DNA from: Allobaculum fili
GTDB taxonomy: Bacteria > Bacillota_I > Bacilli_A > Erysipelotrichales > Erysipelotrichaceae
Reading direction: 5' to 3'
Assembly (NCBI RefSeq): GCF_020969955.1
Contig: NZ_JAHDSX010000024.1
Coordinates: 3,084 to 35,083, forward strand
DNA: 32,000 nucleotides
This document shows, in pieces, positions 17,804-25,794 of the stretch; position 1 is the stretch's first letter; every line of letters starts with the position of its first letter. Below the pieces are notes generated by a model. That model was not told the origin of the DNA. It did not search any database and saw only the letters and a program-made list of their open reading frames with translations. The translations under genes were made by a program, and so were the position numbers.

Positions 17804-19936
17804 ATGGAGTTTTTATTCATGGCCTGGTTTCCTCTGTTTTTTGATCTGGAAAACAAACCCGTTCTCATTCTGGGCGGCGGTCATGCCGCTCTGGAAAAAG
17901 CGCAGCGGCTTCTTCCCTTCCATGCCCGTATTACGGTCTGTTCCCCTTCTTTTCTTGAAGCATTTGCGTCTTTACCCGTGATGCAAATCGAGCAGGAATG
18001 GTCGCCCGACTGGTTTTGTCCGACCGACTATCTGCTGATCATTGCGGCGACCGATCAGCCCGAAATCAATCACGCGATTGCCCTGTGGGCCAAAGAGAAA
18101 AACGTTCTTTGCAACTGCGTGGACGATCCGGACTGGTGCACCGTCACCTTTGGAGCGGTCGTTTCCGGAACGGAGTACGCTATCGGCATTTCCACTTCCG
18201 GCGCTTCGCCGACGGCTGCCCGCTATTTAAAACAGAAAATCCGGGAGATCGTCCCGGAAGACTTTGATTCCATTCTTCTCTGGCTGAAGCAGCTTCGCCC
18301 TTATATTCGCGAGACCGTTCCGTCTTCCCTTCGGCCCGTCGTTTTTCGAAGGCTGTTTGAAGACGCCATACGGAAAGGAAGTGCCCTTTGTGCAAAGGAA
18401 GTCGAACGGCTGATTGAGCACGCAGAACACAGGAGGAACTCTATGAATCGAAAGCCTGAAATTTCTCTGGTCGGGGCCGGATGTGCCGGTATTGAAGGCC
18501 TTACACTCGCTGCCCGGCATGCGATCGAACGCGCGGATGTCATCGTCTATGACCGTCTGATCGATCCGGAAATTCTGGATTTAAACCCCAATGCTGAAAA
18601 AATCGAACGCGGCAAGCGCGGACATGAAAAAAGCTCCAGTCAGCAGGAAATTCATGAACTGCTTCTGGAGCTTTCAAAACGGTATGCGCATATTGTCCGT
18701 CTGCAGGGCGGCGATCCGATGGTCTTTGGCCGCGGCATGGAAGAAATCGAAATTCTTCGACAGCACAATATCGATCTGCAGGTTCTTCCCGGCATTTCGA
18801 GTTTTTACGGCATTCCCGCCAAAGATCTCTTTGGTCTGACCCGGCGAAATGTTGCCGGCGGATTCATGGTTCTGACCGGAACGAGCGAAAACACACCGCG
18901 AACAAAGGAAGAATGGAAAAACATTGCTGAATTTTCCGGAACGATCGTCTTTCTGATGGCGATGAACCGGCTTGATGAAATTTCCCATCATCTGATGGAA
19001 GCCGGTATGGATCCGCATACGCCCTGCGCCATTTTTTCGTCACGCTCATCCATGATGACCGCCAGCGCTTCCTGCACGCTCGATTCGCTTTCTGCCTGTG
19101 CAAAAGAGCATCAGCTGTTTTCGCCGGCCATCGTAGTCATTTCCGGAACGGCCGCTTTATACGATCCGCCCAGGCATTTGCGCGTCGGGCTTTGCGGATC
19201 GGACGCTCTCAATCAGAAGCTGAAAGATCTTCTCCCCGCTTCTGTGCAGTATCAGCAGCTGCTCAAAGTCCGCTATCACGATCTGCCTTTGCCAGACGAT
19301 CTGTTTGATTCAGGTCTGCCGCAGTGGATCGTTTTGACCAGCGCGCACGGCATTCATGTCCTCATGCGCGAATTTCAGCGCCTGCACATCGATCATAGGA
19401 AACTGGCCAATACCCGGTTTGCGCTGATCGGACGCCAGAGCGCCAGAGTTCTCGAATCGTACGGGATTTTCGCCGACCTTGTCGCATCGCCTTCCTCCAG
19501 TCAATCCCTTCTTGAAACCCTCAAGCCCGAACTCGCTGAGGGAGATCGCGTTTTCCTCGCACAAAGCCGGCAGGCCATTGATGTTCTCTCCAGAGGACTG
19601 CAGGAAATTTCTTCGATTACTGTGCTAGAACATCCGCTCTATGAAGTGACTTTTGAAAGTTCGAGCATGGATTTTCTCCCGGCAAAAGTAAAAGACGATT
19701 CACCGGCCTGGAAAGAGCTTCTCCAGACGGATGTGCTCGCCGTTTCCAGCCGGGAATGTGCCAAAGCCGTCCTGCGCGATCATCTGCTCGACCGTACAAA
19801 ATGTATTGTTGCCATTTCGAAAGAAGTTGCCGATATTCTGGAAAATGAACGCAGTAAGAGAGCGATCGATCTTCGCATTGCCGAAACGCCAGATGCACAC
19901 GGCATGGCCGAAGCCATTGAAACGCTGCTTCCCTGA
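17804..19936 (+). CDS. Trifunctional siroheme biosynthesis fusion: precorrin-2 dehydrogenase/sirohydrochlorin ferrochelatase (SirC/CysG-N) + uroporphyrinogen-III C-methyltransferase (CobA/SirA) + uroporphyrinogen-III synthase (HemD)
   Basis: N-terminus FPLFFDLENKPVLILGGGHAALEK (Rossmann, SirC-like). Middle ISLVGAGCAGIEGLTL...VIVYDRL...VRLQGGDPMVFGRG...PGISS (SAM methylase). C-terminus WIVLTSAHGIHVL...ALIGRQSARVLESYG (HemD-like). Start is ATG 17804 or 17819. The tracked ORF start at 17612 is a TTG in AT-rich non-coding DNA. Confidence 0.87.
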   Translation: MEFLFMAWFPLFFDLENKPVLILGGGHAALEKAQRLLPFHARITVCSPSFLEAFASLPVMQIEQEWSPDWFCPTDYLLIIAATDQPEINHAIALWAKEKNVLCNCVDDPDWCTVTFGAVVSGTEYAIGISTSGASPTAARYLKQKIREIVPEDFDSILLWLKQLRPYIRETVPSSLRPVVFRRLFEDAIRKGSALCAKEVERLIEHAEHRRNSMNRKPEISLVGAGCAGIEGLTLAARHAIERADVIVYDRLIDPEILDLNPNAEKIERGKRGHEKSSSQQEIHELLLELSKRYAHIVRLQGGDPMVFGRGMEEIEILRQHNIDLQVLPGISSFYGIPAKDLFGLTRRNVAGGFMVLTGTSENTPRTKEEWKNIAEFSGTIVFLMAMNRLDEISHHLMEAGMDPHTPCAIFSSRSSMMTASASCTLDSLSACAKEHQLFSPAIVVISGTAALYDPPRHLRVGLCGSDALNQKLKDLLPASVQYQQLLKVRYHDLPLPDDLFDSGLPQWIVLTSAHGIHVLMREFQRLHIDHRKLANTRFALIGRQSARVLESYGIFADLVASPSSSQSLLETLKPELAEGDRVFLAQSRQAIDVLSRGLQEISSITVLEHPLYEVTFESSSMDFLPAKVKDDSPAWKELLQTDVLAVSSRECAKAVLRDHLLDRTKCIVAISKEVADILENERSKRAIDLRIAETPDAHGMAEAIETLLP

Positions 19937-19989
19937 CCCCATCACGTATGCAAAGACCCAAAATACGAAAACAGGAAACACGAAGACAT

Positions 19990-20030
19990 AAAAATGCGAA
20001 CAGCCAGCTTAAAGCCGTTCGCATTTTTTC
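19990..20030. terminator. Bidirectional rho-independent terminator between the siroheme synthase and Nudix genes
   Basis: AAAA-ATGCGAAC-15 nt-GTTCGCAT-TTTTT: an A-run and a T-run flank an 8-bp stem (19994-20001 / 20017-20024). Confidence 0.75.
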
Positions 20031-20091
20031 GTGCAGTCAGAGATTTCCTCTGCCTGTTTCTTTTGAAATTTTCGTTGGAAGCCAGACCGGA

Positions 20092-20595
20092 TCAGCTTCC
20101 GGCTTTGTGTTCGGCTTTGAGCTGTACCGGCTGCTCTTTGTCATCGTAAAAGAGAATCGGCACATACAGACCGTCTTCGATTCGATACTGAAATTCACCG
20201 AGATGATCGTTGTCCATCGCTTCCAGCATCAGATCAAAGTCCATGACGAGTCCCTCTGGGAGTTCATCCCTCTTAAACCAGCGGTTTTCGCCTTCTTCGC
20301 TGGAAATCAGACTGCCTTCGAAGTCGTCTGAGCGAAACAGGAAAACGATATAGCGGGAATCGCCATGAGGAAACTGTTTCACGCCGACCAGTTTCACCGT
20401 ACGCAGGCGCAGCCCGGTTTCTTCGAGAACTTCCCGCTTGCAGGCGTGGACGAACGATTCGCCGTGTTCGACATGGCCGCCGGGGAAAACCCAGCCGTCC
20501 CATTCGCCTTTATTCCGTTTCTGTAAAAGAATTTCATCATTCCGTGTGAGCAGACAGATCGTCGTCAGCTCGCAAGATTCGAGTTTATGCTTCAT
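20092..20595 (-). CDS. Nudix hydrolase (MutT/8-oxo-dGTP diphosphatase-like)
   Basis: Nudix box GGHVEHGESFVHACKREVLEETGL (GX5EX7REUXEEXGU). 167 aa. AAGAGG upstream. Confidence 0.85.
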   Translation of the reverse strand: MKHKLESCELTTICLLTRNDEILLQKRNKGEWDGWVFPGGHVEHGESFVHACKREVLEETGLRLRTVKLVGVKQFPHGDSRYIVFLFRSDDFEGSLISSEEGENRWFKRDELPEGLVMDFDLMLEAMDNDHLGEFQYRIEDGLYVPILFYDDKEQPVQLKAEHKAGS

Positions 20596-20691
20596 CGTTT
20601 CGTACCTCTTTTCTCTCTTTTCAAACCGGTCCTGTATAAACCGTTTGAGCCGTAAAGAAAACGTACACCCATTCCTGAAAATCGAAAAAGT

Positions 20692-21528
20692 TTATTCATC
20701 CCGTACCGTAAAGAACGTTCGATTTTCACGAAGCGGAAACAGTCTGGCTGTTCGGGTAGACGGGTCCCAGTCGTTCAGGCGGATCTCGAAAACTTCCTGT
20801 AGAAGATCGCTTTGGGCAAGTTCGATTGCGCTGCCCTGAAACACTTTCTGATGTCCATCCAGGACGAGAATTTCATCCGCATAGCGTAAAGCGAGATCAA
20901 GATCGTGCGCCACGACGACGAGAATGCGCGAAGGATCTTTCAGCATGCAGAGCAGATCCATGAGTTCAAAACGCGCGGAAGGATCGAGGTTGGCTCCCGG
21001 TTCATCCAGAAACAGACAGTGCGGGTTTTGAACGAGCACCTGTGCGATGGCCGCTTTCTGCCGTTCGCCAGCGGACACTTCATCCAGGCGATGCGTCGCC
21101 AGCGCGTCAATCGACAATGCACGCATCGCATCCTGTGCCCGTTTTGCTGCATCTTCTGACTGCATGCCGGAGAGATCTGTCTTCCCGGCTTTTTTCCAGA
21201 AACGCGAAAACCGGCTCTCTTCTCTGGCGTAATCGCCCAGTTCCACAAAGCGCTGAACGCTCATCTGCACATTGAGCGTATCGTCCGCGATTCGCCCGGT
21301 AATTCTCGCCCGTTCCATCGCAGAAAGAGGAAGGAGATTTTTCCCGTTGTACAATACGCTGCCGCTTTGCGGTTTCATCCAGCCGCCGAGAATGGAAAGC
21401 AGCGTACTTTTGCCGGAACCGTTGCGGCCGAGGATGATATACAGCTTTCCTTCTTTAAAATCGGAGGAAAAGTCTTGGATGACGACTTTGTTTCCGTAGC
21501 CGGCGCGAATATGTTCAGCTTTAAGCAT
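20692..21528 (-). CDS. ABC transporter ATP-binding protein (FecE/BtuD-type iron-chelate/cobalamin importer)
   Basis: GRNGSGKSTLL (Walker A), LSAGERQKAAIAQ (signature), LFLDEPGANLD (Walker B). AAAGGAG upstream. The start overlaps the permease stop by 8 nt. Confidence 0.9.
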   Translation of the reverse strand: MLKAEHIRAGYGNKVVIQDFSSDFKEGKLYIILGRNGSGKSTLLSILGGWMKPQSGSVLYNGKNLLPLSAMERARITGRIADDTLNVQMSVQRFVELGDYAREESRFSRFWKKAGKTDLSGMQSEDAAKRAQDAMRALSIDALATHRLDEVSAGERQKAAIAQVLVQNPHCLFLDEPGANLDPSARFELMDLLCMLKDPSRILVVVAHDLDLALRYADEILVLDGHQKVFQGSAIELAQSDLLQEVFEIRLNDWDPSTRTARLFPLRENRTFFTVRDE

Positions 21529-22477
21529 CCAGTTTTCTCCTTTCCAGAAGCAGATAGAGAAAATACGGACCGCCAGCCAGTGAGAGGACCAGTCCGGCCG
21601 GCAGCTCCCACGGAAGCAAAATCCAGCGGCCGATCAGATCCGCCGCGCCGACGAGCAGTGCGCCGACCAGAACGCAAAGAAGCAGAAACGTCTTAAACGG
21701 CAGACGATAGCGCGAAAGCCAGGCAGGGACAATGAGGCCGACAAAGCCAAGCATGCCGCAGAGCGAAACGACCCCGCACGCCAGCAGCGCGCAAAGAAAC
21801 AGAAAGAAGACACTCCATTTTTCCACATTCAGACCGAGCGTCTGTGCCTGCCGGTCGCCAAGCGTAAACATTTCCAGTTCTCTGGAAAAGAGGAACACCA
21901 GAACAATTGCCGGCAAAATCAAGATGGACGCATACAGATCCTTATTTAAGGAAAGCGAAGCCAGCGATCCGATCTTAAACGAGGCATAGCCGCTCAGCGC
22001 ATCCGGGACCAGGACGGTCAGAAGATCGATCCCGGCAGAAAACAGCTGGCTGATCGCCATGCCCGCCAGCAGGATTGTCAGCCGGGACGCTTTTCGCTTT
22101 CTGGCCAGATTGGCGACGAGAAGGCCGCACGCCAGACCGCCAAAAAAGCCGAACACCGTTCCTGCGCTGAAGGAGAGCGGAAAGAGACTGCTGCCAAGAA
22201 TGGTAAAAAAGCCGACCGAGGCGTTGACGCCGATGATGTTGGCCGAGGCCAGCGGATTATGCAAAATGGTCTGGACCAAAGCGCCGGAGAGCGCGAGCGC
22301 ACTTCCCGCAAGAAGAGCGCCAAGTACGCGCGGCAGACGCAGATGCAAAACGATCGAGCGCATCGATTCCTGCATCGGATCCAGCCAGCCGGCCGGACCG
22401 GCCAGTATGGAAATCACAGAAAGCCCAACCAGGAGAATGAGCGCGCCAAGCACCATTTTGCGCGGTTTACTCGCCAT
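21521..22477 (-). CDS. ABC transporter permease, FecCD/BtuC family
   Basis: About 9-10 TM segments. RLPRVLGALLAGSALALSGALVQ and GAADLIGRWILLPWELPAGLVLSLAGGPYFLYLL are typical of FecCD. Start uncertain: ATG 22477 (MASKPRK...), 22456 or 22507. Confidence 0.88.
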   Translation of the reverse strand: MASKPRKMVLGALILLVGLSVISILAGPAGWLDPMQESMRSIVLHLRLPRVLGALLAGSALALSGALVQTILHNPLASANIIGVNASVGFFTILGSSLFPLSFSAGTVFGFFGGLACGLLVANLARKRKASRLTILLAGMAISQLFSAGIDLLTVLVPDALSGYASFKIGSLASLSLNKDLYASILILPAIVLVFLFSRELEMFTLGDRQAQTLGLNVEKWSVFFLFLCALLACGVVSLCGMLGFVGLIVPAWLSRYRLPFKTFLLLCVLVGALLVGAADLIGRWILLPWELPAGLVLSLAGGPYFLYLLLERRKLDA

Positions 22478-23489
22478 AGACGATCGTTTCGAGATTTTCC
22501 AGAGCATCCGCCCACTTCGCGTTTGGCTTCAGGTTGTACAGCTTCTGATCGAGGACATACACTTTTCCGTTTTTAACCGCGTCCAGGTTTTTCCATGCAT
22601 CGCTCTGAAACAGGGCATCGGCGATTTCCTGCGCCTGTTCGTTCGTTTTTCCCTGCGCGACATAAAAAATCTGATCCGGGTTTTCTTTCGCGATGACTTC
22701 CATGGACAGCGTGTCCAGACCGTCTTCGCCAGCAATGTTTTCCGTTTTCAGATCCGCTAACATGGAGCCTAATACTGAGTTGGAAGAGCCAAGCGCCTTG
22801 ATTCCCTTTCCAGTTTCGCGAAGAGCCAGAACTTTTGGCGGGTTATTGCGCTCTTTGTTTCGAATGGCTTCGATGCGTTTCTGCTGTTCGAGACCGTTCT
22901 TTTCATAGCTGCTTGTATCCCCGGTAATACGACAGAACTGTTCCAGGACGCGCAGATAGTCTTCAAAGGAAGACACATCATAGTAAACGACAGGAATGCC
23001 GGATTCCTCCAGCAGATCCGCCATTTTCTTCTGAGAATCGTTTTTGGCACTGGCGATGACCAGGTCCGGATCGGATGAGAGCAGCGTTTCCTGCGCAATG
23101 GATTTCACATCGCCCAGATCCTGTACCTTTTCGGAATCGAGATCCAGATCAAAGGACGTCCACGTATCGTGCGCCGCTGCCGCAATCTGATCCTTGCCGC
23201 CGGCATCCGCAAAAAGGTCCGCAAAGCTTCCGATCAGAATGGCTGCGCGCTCCGGCTTTTGAATTTCGACCTCACGGCCAAGATCGTCCTTAAGAACAAT
23301 CGTCTGCTCATCCGTCTGGGTGTAAAGCGCCGAAGAGAGCGAGGACGTCTGGGAAGAAACGGAAGCATCCGCGGTTTGCGAAGAGTTCGACGCGCAGCCG
23401 CCCAGAAGAGAAGTCACGGCGGCGCAAAGCAGAAGGCGCGAGGCTAAGGAAGATTTTAAATTCAGGTTTCGTTTTGTAATTTTGTTCAT
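22467..23489 (-). CDS. ABC transporter substrate-binding lipoprotein (periplasmic binding protein type 2, BtuF/FhuD-like)
   Basis: Signal peptide with lipobox LLGGC, followed by an S/T-rich linker and a Peripla_BP_2-like body (...PDLVIASAKN..., ...NPDQIFYV..., ...GKVYVLD). No obvious SD before ATG 23489. Confidence 0.88.
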   Translation of the reverse strand: MNKITKRNLNLKSSLASRLLLCAAVTSLLGGCASNSSQTADASVSSQTSSLSSALYTQTDEQTIVLKDDLGREVEIQKPERAAILIGSFADLFADAGGKDQIAAAAHDTWTSFDLDLDSEKVQDLGDVKSIAQETLLSSDPDLVIASAKNDSQKKMADLLEESGIPVVYYDVSSFEDYLRVLEQFCRITGDTSSYEKNGLEQQKRIEAIRNKERNNPPKVLALRETGKGIKALGSSNSVLGSMLADLKTENIAGEDGLDTLSMEVIAKENPDQIFYVAQGKTNEQAQEIADALFQSDAWKNLDAVKNGKVYVLDQKLYNLKPNAKWADALENLETIVYGE

Positions 23490-23513
23490 AAGACAGTATT
23501 TGAATGGTGTTTT

Positions 23514-23537
23514 GAAAACCGGTGTAAGAAAACCGGT
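23514..23537. repeat. Direct repeat GAAAACCGGT x2 (14-nt period) immediately upstream of the ABC operon start; a third GAAAAC follows at about 23547
   Basis: gaaaaccggt at 23514-23523 and 23528-23537. ACCGGT is itself palindromic. Located 25-48 nt upstream of the substrate-binding protein start codon. Confidence 0.6.
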
Positions 23538-23544
23538 CTGAATC

Positions 23545-23584
23545 AGGAAAACGCTTCGGGATCAGAATTCTGATGCCGAAGCGT
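23545..23584 (-). terminator. Terminator hairpin after the sulfite reductase gene
   Basis: Minus strand ACGCUUCGG-CAUCAGAAUUCUGAUC-CCGAAGCGU (9-bp outer stem plus an inner palindrome) followed by UUUCCUGAUUC. Confidence 0.6.
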
Positions 23585-23666
23585 GAGTGAAAATCAAATT
23601 GGATATTAAATCAGGTAATCGGCAGCGGCTTCTTTTACTCCGTCTGGATTGGCCTTTTCCCAGGCA

Positions 23667-25163
23667 TCATAGCCCATGCCAGAAGCTTCCACGATGCGCG
23701 CGAGATGGATCAGGAAATCCGGAATGCGATCCAACCGGAATATTGCCGAGCTCCACGCCCATTTTTTCTTCGCCCTGTTCATCGTTTCCTCCGGCATAAA
23801 GCAGGAAGGTCGGAACCGGCTTCTTATCGACGACTTTCAGAGCGCCGCGGAAACCGATCTTGCCGATCTGATGGGCGGCACAGCTCGACGGGCAGCCGGA
23901 AATATGAATCTGCGGCAGAGCGTCATCGGCGACGCCGGCTTCGCTGACTTTGGCCAGAATCGTGCGCAGCAGATCCTGCGAATCGCGCAGACCGACCTGA
24001 CAGATGGACGCACCAATGCACGATTCGGACGTTTCGAACGCCGTCCGCGCCGCTTCGGATTCAATGATTTCCAGAATCTGACGGGCTTCGTTTGCAGTCA
24101 GGTTAATGATATAGGCCCCTTCGTCCGGGGACAGTCGCATTTCGACCTGATCCATATGTTCGAGAGCGCCGGACAGACGGCCGAGCGTTTCGATCGAAGG
24201 AACGCCGCCGCGCGGATGGAAGAGAACGCTGTACAGATCGCCGTTGGTCTGATGCTTCACGATGAAGGACTCTTCGAGCGGTTCGCCCTCGCCTTCCTTG
24301 TGAATGCGCAGATCTTCAAAATTGTCTACATACAGGTTCTTTTCTTCTTTGAGCTTGCGGAATTCCTTGTCGAATTCCTCGATCAGACGATCGCGGCCAA
24401 GGCTTTCCTGCAAATAGCGGGTTCTGGCTTTGGAGCGGTTTTCGTAGTTGCCGTATTTACGGAACAGGCGGATCATCGCTTCAATGACGTACAGAATCTT
24501 ACCCGGTTCCAGGCTTTCTTTGACTTTTACGCCAAATTTAGGATTGTTTCCCAGACCGCCGGCGATATAGACATCGTAGCGGCCGTCTTCTCTGGCTACA
24601 AAGCCAAGATCGCGGAACGTCGCATGAGTGACGTTGGATTTCGAATTGGAGAACGCGACTTTCAGCTTGCGGGGCATTTTGTCCTGGTCGATGAAATCGA
24701 GCAGGAATTCAGCAGCCGCAAGGGCATGGGGCATAACGTCAAAGTATTCTTCTTCCACGCCGCTGAGCGGAGAGCACATCACGTTGCGCGGATAGTCGCC
24801 GCCGCCTCCGTAGCAGACGATGCCGACATTGGGGGCCTGCTCCATAATGTCGCAGACGGTATCGACATCGAGATCGTGCAGCTGGATGGTCTGGCATGTT
24901 GTAAAGTGCGCCATCTTGACATCGTGCTTGCGAATCATTTCAACAATAAAGCGCAGTTTTTCCGGCGTGACGCGGCCGCCGCTCATACGCAGACGCAGCA
25001 TGCTTTTCTGGCCGCCGCGCTGGGCGTAGCTTCCGTATTTTCCGGAGAAGCCTTTGTATTCCTTCATATTCATCTGGTGATTGAAGAATTTTTCCGCTCC
25101 TTCGCGAAATTTCGGAACGACTTTCTTATATTCATCGTAATCGACAGGTTTTAAAACAGACAT
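23667..25163 (-). CDS. Nitrite/sulfite reductase family protein (siroheme-[4Fe-4S] type, probable assimilatory/anaerobic sulfite reductase); 3' end appears frameshifted
   Basis: ...RLRMSGGRVTPEKLRFIVEMIRKH...TTCQTIQLHDL..., cluster cysteines CIGASICQVG ... ISGCPSSCAAHQIGKIGFRG. AGAGG upstream of ATG 25163. The last 23 aa of this frame look non-native, while an overlapping frame (23606..23797) encodes a native-looking C-terminus. See findings. Confidence 0.85.
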   Translation of the reverse strand: MSVLKPVDYDEYKKVVPKFREGAEKFFNHQMNMKEYKGFSGKYGSYAQRGGQKSMLRLRMSGGRVTPEKLRFIVEMIRKHDVKMAHFTTCQTIQLHDLDVDTVCDIMEQAPNVGIVCYGGGGDYPRNVMCSPLSGVEEEYFDVMPHALAAAEFLLDFIDQDKMPRKLKVAFSNSKSNVTHATFRDLGFVAREDGRYDVYIAGGLGNNPKFGVKVKESLEPGKILYVIEAMIRLFRKYGNYENRSKARTRYLQESLGRDRLIEEFDKEFRKLKEEKNLYVDNFEDLRIHKEGEGEPLEESFIVKHQTNGDLYSVLFHPRGGVPSIETLGRLSGALEHMDQVEMRLSPDEGAYIINLTANEARQILEIIESEAARTAFETSESCIGASICQVGLRDSQDLLRTILAKVSEAGVADDALPQIHISGCPSSCAAHQIGKIGFRGALKVVDKKPVPTFLLYAGGNDEQGEEKMGVELGNIPVGSHSGFPDPSRAHRGSFWHGL

Positions 25164-25528
25164 GGATATTTACCTCTATTCCACTTCAGTATAATACAGT
25201 GCATTTTCTGACACCCCTTACTTGAATCACAAATCTGAGGATTTTGACGTGCGGCTGTCTCCGCCCGGCTTCGTTTTTGAAACGTGTATATATCCTTTGC
25301 GGTTCCTTTCCTGCTCATTTCGGATAAAAAGAGCGTCTTCTCTGTTTTCTGTTCAAAATCTGGAACCTTCTATCTTCTTCCCCTTTTCTGGACTGCGCAG
25401 GATCCGCCTTGCTTCGTTCGCACGGAGTGCCCGCTGGATTGTGGAATATCACGCTATTCCTTCCAGGCTGCGAAACATGTCCTCGTGCCTGTCCGATTCG
25501 TCGGCTCTGGCGGCTTTTGATCTTTCCG

Positions 25529-25557
25529 TTGAATCCCCTTTTGGATTTCTTTATAAT
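25529..25557 (+). promoter_or_regulatory. Near-consensus sigma-A promoter of tRNA-Leu (TTGAAT - 17 nt - TATAAT)
   Basis: -35 at 25529-25534 and -10 at 25552-25557 with an exact 17-nt spacer. The tRNA 5' end is 10 nt downstream. Confidence 0.8.
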
Positions 25558-25566
25558 GAACACGTT

Positions 25567-25653
25567 GCCCGCGTGGTGAAACTGGTAGACGCAGTGGACT
25601 CAAAATCCATCGACAGCGATGTCGTGCCGGTTCGAGTCCGGCCGTGGGCACCA
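25567..25653 (+). tRNA. tRNA-Leu (anticodon CAA), type II with long variable arm, encoded CCA
   Basis: Acceptor GCCCGCG/CGTGGGC (one G-T pair), anticodon stem GTGGA/TCCAT with loop CTCAAAA, variable arm CGACAGCGATGTCG, T-arm GCCGGTTCGAGTCCGGC, discriminator A plus CCA. Confidence 0.95.
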
Positions 25654-25667
25654 TTTTCGAACTTCAG

Positions 25668-25690
25668 TCCCCAGATCTGGGGATTTTTTT
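25668..25690 (+). terminator. Rho-independent terminator after tRNA-Leu
   Basis: TCCCCAGATCTGGGGA palindromic hairpin followed by T7. Confidence 0.8.
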
Positions 25691-25702
25691 ATGAAACGAA
25701 AT

Positions 25703-25737
25703 AACGCGCAGATCCATACGGAAATCTGCGCGTTTTG
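25703..25737. terminator. Second, bidirectional hairpin terminator (serves the minus-strand nuclease gene)
   Basis: AACGCGCAGAT-10 nt-ATCTGCGCGTT. T-rich tracts follow on both strands (TTTTGTT on plus; TTATTTCGTTT on minus). Confidence 0.7.
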
Positions 25738-25764
25738 TTATGCGGGGTGAACAATGAAATCAAT

Positions 25765-25794
25765 CCGCTCACTTAATCGCCGCTCACTCAATCG
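25765..25794. repeat. Tandem 15-bp duplication spanning the stop codon of the nuclease gene
   Basis: ccgctcacttaatcg (25765-25779) and ccgctcactcaatcg (25780-25794), 14/15 identical. On the coding strand this gives GAT TGA ... GAT TAA, two in-frame stops 5 codons apart. Confidence 0.85.

Noticed and set aside
23676-25154. 492-aa plus-strand ORF
   Set aside because: Antisense to the sulfite/nitrite reductase gene. It has no motifs or RBS and the same mirror-frame composition as the other long antisense ORFs.
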